In this document: one piece after another, positions 8,758 through 18,893 of the stretch
How the letters are laid out: every line of letters starts with the position of its first letter
Numbering within the stretch: the first letter of the stretch is position 1
From: an uncultured delta proteobacterium
GTDB taxonomy: Bacteria; Desulfobacterota; Binatia; UBA9968
DNA: 64,000 bases
NCBI GenBank assembly: GCA_963771465.1
Contig: CAVYTU010000013.1
Location: forward strand, 32,001 to 96,000
Reading direction: 5' to 3'
Program-made: the position numbers and the translations under genes
The notes under the pieces: generated by a model
Seen by the model: only the letters and a program-made list of their open reading frames with translations
Databases searched by the model: none
Told to the model about the DNA's origin: nothing

Positions 8758-9516
8758 CTATTTGATTTTGATGCCTTGCTTTTCTTTTTCCTCGACGACC
8801 TTCCAGCCCTGATTGGCGAACCACTCGATCTGGCGGAACATGCCGGTCAAGATGCGCACGTCTTTGGCTTCAAGACCATTGCGGCCGAAGATGCGCCGAA
8901 AGGCGAGCAGCATATGCTCGGGATTCTCAGAGTCTAAGAAACCGATTTTGAGCAGCGAATTGCGCATGATGTCGAAGAGCCGTTCGATGTCTTCCGCTTT
9001 GGCGCGTTCGATGCCGTCATTTTGTACCGGCGCCAACGATGCGAGGTAAATTTCGTAGAGGCAAATCACCACGGCTTGAGAGACGTTGAGCGACTGATAG
9101 TCCGGATGGGTTGGAATAGTAATCAGCTGCTGGCAGTGGGCCAAATCCTTATTACTGAGACCGTGGTCCTCCGGCCCGAACAACAACGCCACTTTGTCTT
9201 TCTTCGCGGCGGCGACGATTGCCGATGCGATATCGCGTGGCGTTTGGTTATGGCTGCGATAAAGTCCGGCGCGGCAAGTCGTGCCGACGACCAAGGTGCA
9301 GTCGGCGATGGCATCACGGATGGTTTCGTAACATTTTGCGGCACCAAGAATGTCCCGGCCGTGTACGGCCATGGCTCTGGCCCAAAAGCTTTGCGTGCGC
9401 GCTTTGCCGACGATCGCCAATTCTTTGGCGCCGACATTTTTCATCGCCCGCGCCACCGAGCCGATGTTGCCGGAGCCGTGCGGCCGGACCATTATTACGC
9501 GGAGATTGGTCAACAT
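8758..9516 (-). CDS. trmJ: tRNA (C32/U32-2'-O)-methyltransferase, TrmJ/TrmH SPOUT family
   Basis: GNIGSVARAMKN, LLFGPEDHGLSN and YQSLNVSQAV motifs. Confidence 0.85.
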   Translation of the reverse strand: MLTNLRVIMVRPHGSGNIGSVARAMKNVGAKELAIVGKARTQSFWARAMAVHGRDILGAAKCYETIRDAIADCTLVVGTTCRAGLYRSHNQTPRDIASAIVAAAKKDKVALLFGPEDHGLSNKDLAHCQQLITIPTHPDYQSLNVSQAVVICLYEIYLASLAPVQNDGIERAKAEDIERLFDIMRNSLLKIGFLDSENPEHMLLAFRRIFGRNGLEAKDVRILTGMFRQIEWFANQGWKVVEEKEKQGIKIK

Positions 9517-9526
9517 GAGTTAACAG

Positions 9527-9605
9527 TTTGAACGTTTGCAACTTTTTGAACGGCTTGACCTGTTCGGCGGTGCCGTTCAAAACGTTCAAGCCGTTCAATT
9601 CGTTA
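9527..9605. repeat. 9-bp periodic TTGAAC/GTTCAA repeats in inverted arrangement
   Basis: tttgaacgt ttgcaactt tttgaacgg cttgacc ... gccgttcaa aacgttcaa gccgttcaa ttcgttaaa; 18 bp identical to 6691-6708. Confidence 0.8.
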
Positions 9606-9643
9606 AAAAAAAACGGTCGGCAACACCACTACCGCCGAACGAC

Positions 9644-10297
9644 CTATTTGGCAAACGGGCAGGTGCGGTTTTTTTTGATGACGGCGCGATTCTTAGCGTC
9701 GAATTCGGTGCGGTAGCCGAAGTCTTCGTGCATCAGCGAGTTGATATCCTCGACATGTTCGGCGCCAAAGATATGGCCGAGCTCGTGGATCAGTACAACG
9801 ATGTCAACCTCGGGCTCGGCGTATAGACCGCGGTAGCTGAATACTTTGGTCACGGGGGCGATGATATAGCTGCCTAATCCTTGGCTGCAGTTGCCGATGC
9901 GATCGACGCGCGGCCGGCCGGCGACGAAGTAGCGGCTGACGTTTTCAGCGGTGAAAACGACGGTTACGTCATGGTTGGCGGCGCTCCCTTGCCGTGGAAA
10001 CTCTTTCTGTGCCCGAGCGAGCAGCGTAACCGTCGACGGGATACGTTCTTTTTCTGGCCACGCGGTAACGCTTTGGGTGAGCAAGCGCACAGCGAACTCG
10101 CGTTCGTAATAGTCCGATGCGGCTTCGATCAAGCCGCGCGCTTCGGTGTCCCAGTGCGGATTGCGCGCTCGGAAGGGAACGTCGACGAGCACGTTGACGC
10201 GGACAACTCTTTGCGGCGTGTCGGGAGCGAAAACCGCGCAGGCGGACAGCGAGAGCGCGCTAAGGATTGAGCAGATTATCCGTCGGCGCGTAATCAT
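9644..10297 (-). CDS. Lipoprotein metzincin-type zinc metalloprotease (M12/matrixin-like)
   Basis: Lipobox LSAC, HELGHIFGAEH (HExxHxxGxxH) and Met-turn SLM. Confidence 0.8.
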   Translation of the reverse strand: MITRRRIICSILSALSLSACAVFAPDTPQRVVRVNVLVDVPFRARNPHWDTEARGLIEAASDYYEREFAVRLLTQSVTAWPEKERIPSTVTLLARAQKEFPRQGSAANHDVTVVFTAENVSRYFVAGRPRVDRIGNCSQGLGSYIIAPVTKVFSYRGLYAEPEVDIVVLIHELGHIFGAEHVEDINSLMHEDFGYRTEFDAKNRAVIKKNRTCPFAK

Positions 10298-11768
10298 CGG
10301 TCAAAATCGGCACATCTTCGGGCAGCACTCGGTCATAGTAGGCGATGGCGATGTCTTGAATCGGGTCTGGAAACAACCCCTTGTCGATGGCCGTGGCGCG
10401 TTTGACGATTTCCTTGATATCGATTCTTTGCTTATCGCGGGTCGAGATCACGATGACGTTTTGTATCGTCTCGAGACTGACGTTGTCGGGCCGGCGTGCT
10501 GCGAAAACGTAAGTCTGGGGAAAAACCTGGCGCTTGGTCCGCACAAAGGAGCGGACGATTTTCCCGGACGGTCCGGTGACGGCGCTGATCAAGTTCGCCA
10601 CCACGATGCCGTTGGGGGTGAGTTTTTTCTGCGCCAGTTCAAAAAATTGCTTGGTCGCCAGGTGAAACGGCATGGCGTCGGTAAAGTAGGCGTCGAGCAT
10701 GATGACGTCATATTGATTCTGCGTGCGGGTCAAAAACAGCCGGCCGTCTTGAGCGTGCAAACGCAGGTTTTTACTTTCCTTGACGTTAAAATGATCCTTG
10801 GCGATCTTGATTACTTCGGGATCGAGCTCGATGGCATCGATCTCCAGGTTGGGAAATTCTTTGTTTAGCTTCTTCGGTATCGAGCCGCCGCCCAAGCCAA
10901 TGATCAACATTTTTTTCGCGTCGGGACGAAACGTCAATCCCAAGGAAGTATAGCGGGAATAGACCAGGCGGAGCGCAGCGGGATCTTTCAAAGTCATCGC
11001 GCTCTGCAAGGTGCGGTCGAAATACATGTAGCGCGCTTCATCGTCTTCTTCGACGCGGATGCGATGATAAAATGTGTCTTTTTGCAACAAAGTTTTTGCC
11101 CAAGCCACCGGTGCCCACAACATATTCAACGAGCCGAATAGAAGCCAGCTCGCAGTGACCGCTCGCGTCATGGTAATGCGTTGCAGCCGGATCAAAGGTA
11201 CTACAACTAGCGATAAACAAACCAGCGTTGCCCCCAAAGCATGGATGATGTTGCTGACGCCGAGAGCCGGGATGAGATAAAACGCGGTGAGCAGCGTGCC
11301 CAAAATACTGCCGCAGGTCGACACCGCATAGAGCGTGCCGGCGGTGCTGCCGACAGTGTGCAGTTGCGTCGCCGCCAAGCGGATGACGTAGGGAGAGATC
11401 GTACCGATGAAAACTCCGGGCAACAAGAAAAGCGCGCTGCAAGCGACCAGCGGACTCATCCGGGTGCCGAGATCCATGGCGGCGATCCATTCATTGACCG
11501 CCGGGTAGATAAACGGCAGGAAAAATATCGCGATGCCGGGGATCACCAACAACACAGCAAGCTTGCCGTATGACGGCTCCCGCGCCGACATCCAGCCGCC
11601 CCAATAGTAACCGATGCTGAGCGCGGTCATGACGACCGAAATCAAGCTGCCCCAAACGAAGATCGAGCTGCCGAAAAACGGCGCCAGCACACGGCTGCCG
11701 ACGATCTCGAGCGCCATTAGGACAGCTCCGCTGACGAAAACCACGAGGTAATGGAGAAGCTGCACCAT
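10260..11768 (-). CDS. Membrane domain fused to spermidine synthase-like SAM-dependent domain
   Basis: SGAVLMALEIVGSRVLAPFFGSS TM region, IIGLGGGSI, DGRLFL, DVIMLDAY and ILTDDYAP. ATG 11768 preferred over the overlapping longer ORF. Confidence 0.88.
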   Translation of the reverse strand: MVQLLHYLVVFVSGAVLMALEIVGSRVLAPFFGSSIFVWGSLISVVMTALSIGYYWGGWMSAREPSYGKLAVLLVIPGIAIFFLPFIYPAVNEWIAAMDLGTRMSPLVACSALFLLPGVFIGTISPYVIRLAATQLHTVGSTAGTLYAVSTCGSILGTLLTAFYLIPALGVSNIIHALGATLVCLSLVVVPLIRLQRITMTRAVTASWLLFGSLNMLWAPVAWAKTLLQKDTFYHRIRVEEDDEARYMYFDRTLQSAMTLKDPAALRLVYSRYTSLGLTFRPDAKKMLIIGLGGGSIPKKLNKEFPNLEIDAIELDPEVIKIAKDHFNVKESKNLRLHAQDGRLFLTRTQNQYDVIMLDAYFTDAMPFHLATKQFFELAQKKLTPNGIVVANLISAVTGPSGKIVRSFVRTKRQVFPQTYVFAARRPDNVSLETIQNVIVISTRDKQRIDIKEIVKRATAIDKGLFPDPIQDIAIAYYDRVLPEDVPILTDDYAPTDNLLNP

Positions 11769-11772
11769 TGTT

Positions 11773-13773
11773 TTAACTCTCCCAATTCCAATAAGATCCC
11801 TCGGGCACGAGGGCGACCGGTTCGAGCATGCGCGTCGAGATGCCGTCGATAAACTGCGATGGCTGTGACAATACCATGCGCAAACTCTTGTCGAAAACCC
11901 GTGTCGGGTACGAAATGAATAGATTCTGTTTAGCCCGGGTCGCCGCGACATAGAGCAAGCGACGCTCTTCTTCCAGTTCTTCGGACGAATTGGTGTTATA
12001 GAAGGACGGAAAGCGGCCTTCGAGCGCCCAGATGATAAACACCGAGTGAAACTCCAATCCCTTGGCCGAATGAATCGTTGACAGAACCAGCGGCCCTTCG
12101 TCCGGATCGACGGCGAGCACGCCGCCGATGCTGTCGTTGGGCGGTTCGAGCGCCATGTCGCTGAGCAAACGTTCCAGGCTGCGATAACGCTCGGTCATGC
12201 CCTGGAAATGTTCCATGTCCCTTAGACGTCTGGGATGGTCATCGGGATAGTTCTGTTTCAAAATCGGCACATAATATTGCAGCAAATACTGCGCCTGCTC
12301 GGACGGCAACTCGGCCTTGGCCGCTTCCTCGAACACTTGAGCGAGAGTTCGCAGTCCTTGGGCGATCTTGCCCTTGGCGTTGTAAGAGCGCAGCCGTTCC
12401 ACCGCGCTGCCGCCTTGGAGCAGCCATTTAATAATTTTTTGGCTGGCGCCCGGGCCGATGCCTTCGAGCAGCAGCAATACCCGGTTCCACGAGATCGCGT
12501 CCAGCGGATTGGCGAGAATGCGCAAATGCGCCAGCAAATCTTTGACGTGGGAAGCTTCCATGAACTGGAAGCCGCCGCGCTTGACGAACGGGATTTGGCG
12601 CCGCGCCAACTCGATTTCCAAATCGAAGGAATGAAAACTCGAGCGGAACAACACCGCCATGTCCCATAACGGCACGCCTTCTTCGCGCAGCTCCAAAATC
12701 TTCTGACAGACGAACTGCGACTGCATCTGTTCGCTGCCCGCCTGCACCAGCTTGGGCCGGGTGCCGACGCTCTTACGCGTGAACAGGCGCTTCTCGTAAC
12801 TTTCCGTGGCGCGGGCGATGATCTCGTTGGTGAGATTCAAAATCGGCTGGGTGCTGCGGTAATTCTCTTCGAGCTTGATCAGGCGCGCGCCGGCAAACTG
12901 CTTGGGGAAGTCCATGATGTTGCGAAAATCGGCGCCGCGAAAAGAATAAATACTCTGCGCGTCGTCACCGACCACCGCGACGTTGTCGTGGGTCGCCGCC
13001 AGCAGACGAATGATCTCAGACTGCAAATGATTGGTGTCCTGGTATTCGTCGACCATTATATAGCGATAGTTGTCCGACAGCCGGTTACGGACTTCGGCGT
13101 GATCGGCCAACAGGTCGCGCAGCTTGATCAGCAGATCGTCGTAATCGATCAGCGACTTGGTCTGCTTAAAATCGGCATAGCGGCGCTGCATCTCGGCCAG
13201 CTCCTGATGGACGTCGACCAGATGGGGATACTCGAGATCGAGGAGTTCGTTCAACGGGATATGCTTGTTGTGGGTCATGCTGAAGATTTCCGCGACCGTT
13301 TGTTTGCGCGGAAAGCGCTTTTCCTTGGTGTTGAGCCCCATGTCCGAGCGAATCGTCTGAATCACATCCTCGCTGTCGGGCCGGTCCATGATCGTAAACG
13401 ATGACGCCAGATTGACATGGCGGCCGTGCACGCGCAGGACCAAATTCGCAAACGAGTGAAAAGTTCCGCCGGAGACCTGGCTGCAGCGGCTATCGATCAA
13501 GAGACTCGCGCGGCGAATCATCTCCTCGGCGGCGCGTCGGGTAAAAGTCAGCAGCAAAATCGAGCGCGGATCGATGCCTTGATCGATCAAATGCGCGACG
13601 CGATAAACCAGCGTGCGGGTTTTTCCCGTGCCGGCGCCGGCGATAATCAGCAACGGTCCCTCCACCGCGGTCGCCGCCTCGTATTGCGCGTCGTTAAGCT
13701 CCTTGCGGTAGTCGAGCCCTGAGCTGTTGCGGATCGGTTCGGTGAGGTCTTTGAGGATGTAGGTGGTCGTCAA
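11773..13773 (-). CDS. UvrD/PcrA/Rep superfamily 1 DNA helicase
   Basis: AGAGTGKT, VDEYQDTN, VVGDDAQSIYSFRGA, LEENYRS, STIHSAKGLEF and EEERRLLYVAATRA motifs. Confidence 0.93.
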   Translation of the reverse strand: MTTTYILKDLTEPIRNSSGLDYRKELNDAQYEAATAVEGPLLIIAGAGTGKTRTLVYRVAHLIDQGIDPRSILLLTFTRRAAEEMIRRASLLIDSRCSQVSGGTFHSFANLVLRVHGRHVNLASSFTIMDRPDSEDVIQTIRSDMGLNTKEKRFPRKQTVAEIFSMTHNKHIPLNELLDLEYPHLVDVHQELAEMQRRYADFKQTKSLIDYDDLLIKLRDLLADHAEVRNRLSDNYRYIMVDEYQDTNHLQSEIIRLLAATHDNVAVVGDDAQSIYSFRGADFRNIMDFPKQFAGARLIKLEENYRSTQPILNLTNEIIARATESYEKRLFTRKSVGTRPKLVQAGSEQMQSQFVCQKILELREEGVPLWDMAVLFRSSFHSFDLEIELARRQIPFVKRGGFQFMEASHVKDLLAHLRILANPLDAISWNRVLLLLEGIGPGASQKIIKWLLQGGSAVERLRSYNAKGKIAQGLRTLAQVFEEAAKAELPSEQAQYLLQYYVPILKQNYPDDHPRRLRDMEHFQGMTERYRSLERLLSDMALEPPNDSIGGVLAVDPDEGPLVLSTIHSAKGLEFHSVFIIWALEGRFPSFYNTNSSEELEEERRLLYVAATRAKQNLFISYPTRVFDKSLRMVLSQPSQFIDGISTRMLEPVALVPEGSYWNWES

Positions 13774-13965
13774 GAAAACTCCAGTTGCAGGGTAAAGTAC
13801 CGATTTTTGTTGAGTGGAGCAAGCGTTGCGCGGGCTGGAATCTAGTTTATTCGACGCCGCAATGAGTAGTGTCTTCCAGCGATTTTCAGCGCCAGAGAAT
13901 CACCCGCGCCAACGCGCTATCCGATAGTCGCCGTTTTGTCATTGGCCCGAGGCACGGCGGGATGA

Positions 13966-14592
13966 TTAGCGCTTTGCGGAAAAAATTTGGAATGATTGGC
14001 GGTCGAGGAAGTCGAGTTCTTGCTGGAGCGAGTAACCTGCCTGTTCCATTTCCCGCTTGATAAACTCGCTCGGGGTGTAGTGGCTTAAAAGTCCTTCGAA
14101 CCAGGCGCGCCGGTCAAAGTCGATGATCGCGATCCGGCCGCTTGGCGCCAGGTATGTGCGCAACTTGGTAAAGTAGGCGATGCGATCGTCGAAGTGATGG
14201 TAAGTATTGCTGGTGAATATGAGATCGACGCCGTCCTTCGGCAGCAGCGGGTCATTTGAATTCGCCAGTATCGTTTCGACATTTTTGACGGAATCTTTTT
14301 GCGCCTGCTTGTTGATGAGCTCGACCATCTCGCGATCGACGTCGACGGCGTAGACTTTTCCCGTCGGGCCGGCTGCGGCGGCTAGTTTAAAAGTGAAGTA
14401 GCCGCCGCCGGCGCCGAGATCGGCGATCTTCTCGCCAGGGCGGATTTGCAAGGCGGCGATGACTTTTTCCGGTTGCTGCCATTGATCGCGGTTGATGCCG
14501 CGGTAAGCGCATTGTTTGAGTTGCGCGCAACCGGCGACAAGACCAACGACGACGAAAAATAGCTGAATCGCGCGCCAGGATCTCTTGGCCAT
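13966..14592 (-). CDS. Class I SAM-dependent methyltransferase with lipoprotein-like leader
   Basis: IADLGAGGGYF and VYAVDVD motifs; N-terminal VAGC lipobox. Confidence 0.85.
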   Translation of the reverse strand: MAKRSWRAIQLFFVVVGLVAGCAQLKQCAYRGINRDQWQQPEKVIAALQIRPGEKIADLGAGGGYFTFKLAAAAGPTGKVYAVDVDREMVELINKQAQKDSVKNVETILANSNDPLLPKDGVDLIFTSNTYHHFDDRIAYFTKLRTYLAPSGRIAIIDFDRRAWFEGLLSHYTPSEFIKREMEQAGYSLQQELDFLDRQSFQIFSAKR

Positions 14593-14616
14593 GATTCCGA
14601 TCTATCGCTGGATAGG

Positions 14617-15015
14617 TTAGCGTTCCTGCAATGAGGAGGGAAAATTTTGCGCTACGTGGGCAAACGCTCCGGCGACTTTCTCGCGTAGCTCGACGATGTC
14701 GAAAGGTTTGCCAATAAAATCGAAGGCGCCGTTCTCTTTTGCTTTGTCGGCCAACTGCTGCGAGTTGACCCCAGTTAACATGATCACGGCGCAGCCGGGA
14801 TGAATGTCCTTAATCCGCCGCAGCAGCTCGAAGCCGTCGGTTTTCGGCATCATGACATCGAGCAATACTACGTTGGGCAAAGCTTCTTCAAACTTGGACA
14901 TGGCGATGTCGGCGGACGCGGCTTCGATGATTTGGTACGTCCTGGCGAAAACCATCTTGAGCGACTCGCGCACGCCAAACTCGTCGTCGATGATCATTAA
15001 TTGCGGTGAATCCAT
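14617..15015 (-). CDS. Single-domain response regulator (receiver)
   Basis: IIDDE, LLDVMMP, MLTG and KPF motifs. Start 15015 (ATG) or 15024 (TTG). Confidence 0.9.
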   Translation of the reverse strand: MDSPQLMIIDDEFGVRESLKMVFARTYQIIEAASADIAMSKFEEALPNVVLLDVMMPKTDGFELLRRIKDIHPGCAVIMLTGVNSQQLADKAKENGAFDFIGKPFDIVELREKVAGAFAHVAQNFPSSLQER

Positions 15016-15184
15016 GATTGCCAAGCTTCGTCGGGAATCGGATTACTGGCCGGGTTCGACTTACTCTTGCACTTAGCTCCGACGCGCGCAAGAGCGGGCC
15101 GGGCGTTTCCAGGAATGGCAAATTACAATCGCCGATTTCAATAGGGCGGAAGTTTGCTGCGAGAATCGGTTTGGGCCGGAGCGG

Positions 15185-16390
15185 CTACCTGGCCGACAGC
15201 TCGATGCAGCGCTGCGGTTGGCTCAGATTCTTGGCGCAGTCCGCGGCGATCTCTTTGGGAGATTTTTCAAAAGTGCCCCTGAGATAGCTGACGCCGTCGC
15301 GAAAGCAAGCTGCTTGGTCGCTGTCTTGGCTCAGCGCGGCGCAAAAGGGCATGGCGTAGCGGCCATCCCAAGTATTGTCGATCAGCGCGTAGATCACACC
15401 GCGTACGCAGTTTGAGCGCGAGTCGCCGCTGGCGAGCTCGCACTTTTCCGCCGTGGCGCGGGTCTTGCCGAGCCGCACATCGTTCGATAGATCGCGGCCG
15501 ATCGAGATCGTACATGAAGTGCTGAACTCTTCGGCCTTGGCGCATTCCTGAAAAATGTTTTCGGTCGCGAGCCCCATTTCAGTCATACGCGAAGTTTGCA
15601 TGACGTAACATTCGTCGCGGTACTTCTTATCCAGTTTGTTACAGGGATAATGATAATCGGTCGGACTCACGTCGCGGCTTTCCGGCGTGGCGTTAAAGAC
15701 GTTTTCCATGAACACGCCGCCGTAGCAAGACGCGCGGCTCCAGTCCTCGCCCATGACGTCGCAGATTTCCAGGGACGGCGCTAACTTGTAAGCGGAAAAA
15801 AACAGCAGCGCGTGGCCGAGGCCGTGCAGACATTGAAAGCGGAAGCGCGGCGCGACATTGGGATCGCAGGCGATGGCGGCTTTCTGCTTAAGCTCGGTAG
15901 TGCTCGGGTGTTTGTTTATTTCCGCGTAAATTTTTTCGCCGCGCAGAAAGCGTTCTACCGAGCCATGATAACAGCCGGAGTGGCAAGTTTGATCGCAAGC
16001 GGTAAACGAGTCGTGAATATTGCCTTTGATGCGGTACGTTTCCCGGCCGATGGCGTGGACGATGGGATGGCAATCGCGCCGGATGTCCGGGTCGTCTTTT
16101 TCCAGCCGTTGAATCGACTGTAGCGCATCGAGTGTCGAATTGGTTCTCAACGCCTCGCGAAACAAATTGTCCAAGCACTCGGCGCCATCCTTGCGGCCCA
16201 TGCAGGACTTGATCGCTTGGCCTGATGGCAGAACCGCTGTCGGCGCCGGCGTTTGCTGGATTTCTTGGGCCGGTGCCGATGAACCTGCGAATATTGCGAA
16301 GATTGCCGCGATTATGATCTTGTTGATCTGTTTGAGTCCTGCGCCAGGCACGAGTATTGCGCTCCTTTTGAATTGGCTAGATTCTAACAA
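15185..16390 (-). CDS. Secreted Cys/His-rich hypothetical protein
   Basis: Signal peptide; DCHPIVHAIG, CHSGCYHGSVE, CLHGLGH and CYGGVFME repeats. Start uncertain. Confidence 0.75.
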   Translation of the reverse strand: MLESSQFKRSAILVPGAGLKQINKIIIAAIFAIFAGSSAPAQEIQQTPAPTAVLPSGQAIKSCMGRKDGAECLDNLFREALRTNSTLDALQSIQRLEKDDPDIRRDCHPIVHAIGRETYRIKGNIHDSFTACDQTCHSGCYHGSVERFLRGEKIYAEINKHPSTTELKQKAAIACDPNVAPRFRFQCLHGLGHALLFFSAYKLAPSLEICDVMGEDWSRASCYGGVFMENVFNATPESRDVSPTDYHYPCNKLDKKYRDECYVMQTSRMTEMGLATENIFQECAKAEEFSTSCTISIGRDLSNDVRLGKTRATAEKCELASGDSRSNCVRGVIYALIDNTWDGRYAMPFCAALSQDSDQAACFRDGVSYLRGTFEKSPKEIAADCAKNLSQPQRCIELSAR

Positions 16391-16559
16391 ATCCTAAATT
16401 GACTTCAATGAAATCGCCAATTTAAGTCGCTCGACGCCGATTGACCATAGCGTTGCGTCGTAATTCGGCTGCCAGGCCCGCCAGCAGTGTCCACAAAACC
16501 TCTTTTATGTTACATTGCGGATAAACATTTCTTCAGCAATTTCGTCTAAAAGGGTAATT

Positions 16560-17411
16560 ATGATCCGTCCAAAGGTCGCATTTCTCACCGCGACGCTATT
16601 CGTCTTGATCGCCAATGGGGCGCAGGCCAGCCAAGCGATGATCAAACCGGAAGCGGTGCCGGCTTATCAACCTAAGTATCTGCCCTTCGAAGCCGGCGAA
16701 CGAGCGCTCTATCGGGCGAGTTGGAACGGCATGTTTTCGGTGGCGAGCGCCGAGATTCATACAACTCCTAAGGTGGTCGACGGCAAAAAAGTTATCCAAG
16801 TTCGGGTCGACGCCAAAACTTCCGGCGCGCTGGATCTGATCTGGAAAATGCGCGACACCATCAGTTCGACGTTTGACGCGGTAGCTTTGACGCCGGCGCA
16901 TTTTGTTTTTAGCCAACGGGAAAATGCCAAGGTGATCGATACCGAAGCCAAGTTCGATCATCGCACCAAACGCTGGGTGGTCAATCGCCAGCAGATCGGT
17001 AAGCAGACCAAGAATTATCAGTTCGAATCCAACAATACGCTCGACCCGATCACCGCGGTGTATCTCGCCCGCAGCACGGAATATAAAGTCGGCGACAAGC
17101 TTTATTTCAAGGTTTTTGGTGGGCGCTACCAATATCTGCTCGAATTATTCGTGGAAAAGAAGGAACCCGTGGAACTGGAATCGGGTAAAACCGTTGAGGC
17201 GTACCGGATCGTCCCGCGGATTCAAAACATTACCAAGCGCGGCTACGCCGGTCGGGTCAATGAAGCGATCATCTGGATTTCCGCCGATGAACGGCGCGTG
17301 CCGATCAAGATGAGCAGCAAAGTGATTTTCGGCACTGTCCATTTGGAATTGATTGACGACAAGCGCGGGGCACAATCCACCGCCGCTTCAGCGACGCGGC
17401 CGGCATCTTAG
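16560..17411 (+). CDS. DUF3108-like exported protein
   Basis: Signal peptide, PFEAGERALY, TLDPITAVY and IWISADERRVPIK pattern. Confidence 0.75.
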   Translation: MIRPKVAFLTATLFVLIANGAQASQAMIKPEAVPAYQPKYLPFEAGERALYRASWNGMFSVASAEIHTTPKVVDGKKVIQVRVDAKTSGALDLIWKMRDTISSTFDAVALTPAHFVFSQRENAKVIDTEAKFDHRTKRWVVNRQQIGKQTKNYQFESNNTLDPITAVYLARSTEYKVGDKLYFKVFGGRYQYLLELFVEKKEPVELESGKTVEAYRIVPRIQNITKRGYAGRVNEAIIWISADERRVPIKMSSKVIFGTVHLELIDDKRGAQSTAASATRPAS

Positions 17412-17433
17412 AAGTGAAGCGCACGGGAAAGCG

Positions 17434-18189
17434 ATGAGGCTTCGAGCAAGAATGTATTTTCGTTCGCGGATCTTGGAATACCCACGGCGCCGTAGCCGTT
17501 ACTTCAAATCCTTGACCGCCGTAGCCACGCTGCTTGCGACCGCTACGCTATCCGCTTGCATCGCGGTCGGGCCGGCGCCGAGCCGGCGCGCGCCGCGGGA
17601 AGAATACTCCGCGCCACCACCGGCGTACTCAACGCGGCGCGTTGATAGCGTCGACGCCGAACGACTGCGCAGAGTGATGGTGCCGCTGCTCCAGGCGATG
17701 GACCGTCCATGCCGTGTCGACCAGGTGCGCGTCGGTATCCTCAACCAGAGCGAGATCAACGCCGCCAACGCGGGCAGTTGTGAATTTTACGTCACCGCGG
17801 GGCTTTTGCAGCGCGCCAATGACAATCAACTGCGCGGTGTTCTGGCTCACGAAGTGGCGCATCAGGATCTCGGCCACGTCGCCAAGGCGCAGGTGTTGGG
17901 CGCCGGGATCAATATTCTCGCGGCGGGATTGCAACAACTGTTTCCCGGCGCGGCAGCCGTTGCGCCCATCGCCGGTGAGTTAGTCGCGCGCGGTTATGGA
18001 CGAACTGAAGAGTACGCGGCTGACCAGCATGCGGTCGAAATCTTGCGGCGCGGCGGCCATGGCAAAGACACCATGCTCGAAGCGCTCACCTGGATTCGCC
18101 GCACCGCGGGTAGCGGCGGAGGCGGCGGTTTTCTTTCCACTCATCCAGCACTCGACGACCGCATCGCGACGATCCAACGCCTGCGTTAA
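17434..18189 (+). CDS. M48 family zinc metallopeptidase lipoprotein
   Basis: LSAC lipobox, INAAN, YVTAGLL, VLAHEVAH, EYAAD and FLSTHP motifs. Start uncertain. Confidence 0.88.
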   Translation: MRLRARMYFRSRILEYPRRRSRYFKSLTAVATLLATATLSACIAVGPAPSRRAPREEYSAPPPAYSTRRVDSVDAERLRRVMVPLLQAMDRPCRVDQVRVGILNQSEINAANAGSCEFYVTAGLLQRANDNQLRGVLAHEVAHQDLGHVAKAQVLGAGINILAAGLQQLFPGAAAVAPIAGELVARGYGRTEEYAADQHAVEILRRGGHGKDTMLEALTWIRRTAGSGGGGGFLSTHPALDDRIATIQRLR

Positions 18190-18349
18190 ACGGTTTTCCC
18201 TTTCATTTTACCGCGTTGTCCTGCGCTGAACACCGATTTCCCGGCACTTTTTAATTTAGACGTTAGCAGAAATCTGTTTACGATTAATTTACCAACCGAG
18301 TAAACATTCCCCAACTCCGCTCGTCTAACGGAGCAAGGAGGCCGATTTT

Positions 18350-18691
18350 ATGAATAATTTCTCCAAGCTAGTTTTGAGTTTGAGCTTAGCTTCCACAATG
18401 GTGGTTGGATGCGCGGGAGGCTCACTCACCACGCGCGAAAAAGGCGCGGGCATCGGCGCTTTGGGCGGAGCCGCCGCGGGCGGACTGATCGGCTCGGCGG
18501 TGCGCCATCCCTTGGCGGGCGCGATGATTGGCGGCGTTTTGGGCGCCGGAGCGGGCGGTCTGATCGGCGACCAGATGCAGGGACGCGAGAATCAGGCGAC
18601 GGTCCAGGATCAGCAGATACTTCGCAACGAGCAGGAAATTCTGCGCCAGCGTCGCGATATCGAAGAAATACGCCGCCGGCCGGAATATTAA
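18350..18691 (+). CDS. Glycine-zipper lipoprotein
   Basis: VVGC lipobox, GAGIGALGGAAAGGLIG repeats, charged coiled-coil tail; AAGGAGG RBS. Confidence 0.85.
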   Translation: MNNFSKLVLSLSLASTMVVGCAGGSLTTREKGAGIGALGGAAAGGLIGSAVRHPLAGAMIGGVLGAGAGGLIGDQMQGRENQATVQDQQILRNEQEILRQRRDIEEIRRRPEY

Positions 18692-18719
18692 CTAAGCAGA
18701 TTTCTATAGAACAGTAATA

Positions 18720-18750
18720 AACGGGGGGCTTCGGCCCCCCGTTCTTTTTT
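18720..18750 (+). terminator. Rho-independent terminator
   Basis: AACGGGGGGC-TTCG-GCCCCCCGTT followed by CTTTTTT. Confidence 0.9.
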
Positions 18751-18801
18751 GTGTCAGCGCCAGAAATGTGGAATTTTTTCTCGCGCTTCTCGCTGTAAAA
18801 G

Positions 18802-18823
18802 AGGTTCCAAAGGTTCCAATCGT
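18802..18823. repeat. 9-bp periodic GTTCCAA repeat (variant of the GTTCAA family)
   Basis: aggttccaa aggttccaa tcgt. Confidence 0.5.
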
Positions 18824-18893
18824 CGGACCGGAGTAATAGCCTGGTTCACCCTTGTCTTGATGCCCATCACGACTCGTTTTAGAGTCGTGACTT

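Noticed and set aside
6689-9605. GTTCAA arrays as CRISPR repeats
   Set aside because: The units are 9 bp and contiguous, with no unique spacers and no cas genes.
11769-11951. N-terminal extension of the spermidine-synthase-like ORF
   Set aside because: It overlaps the helicase 3' end and is non-homologous; ATG 11768 fits operon spacing.
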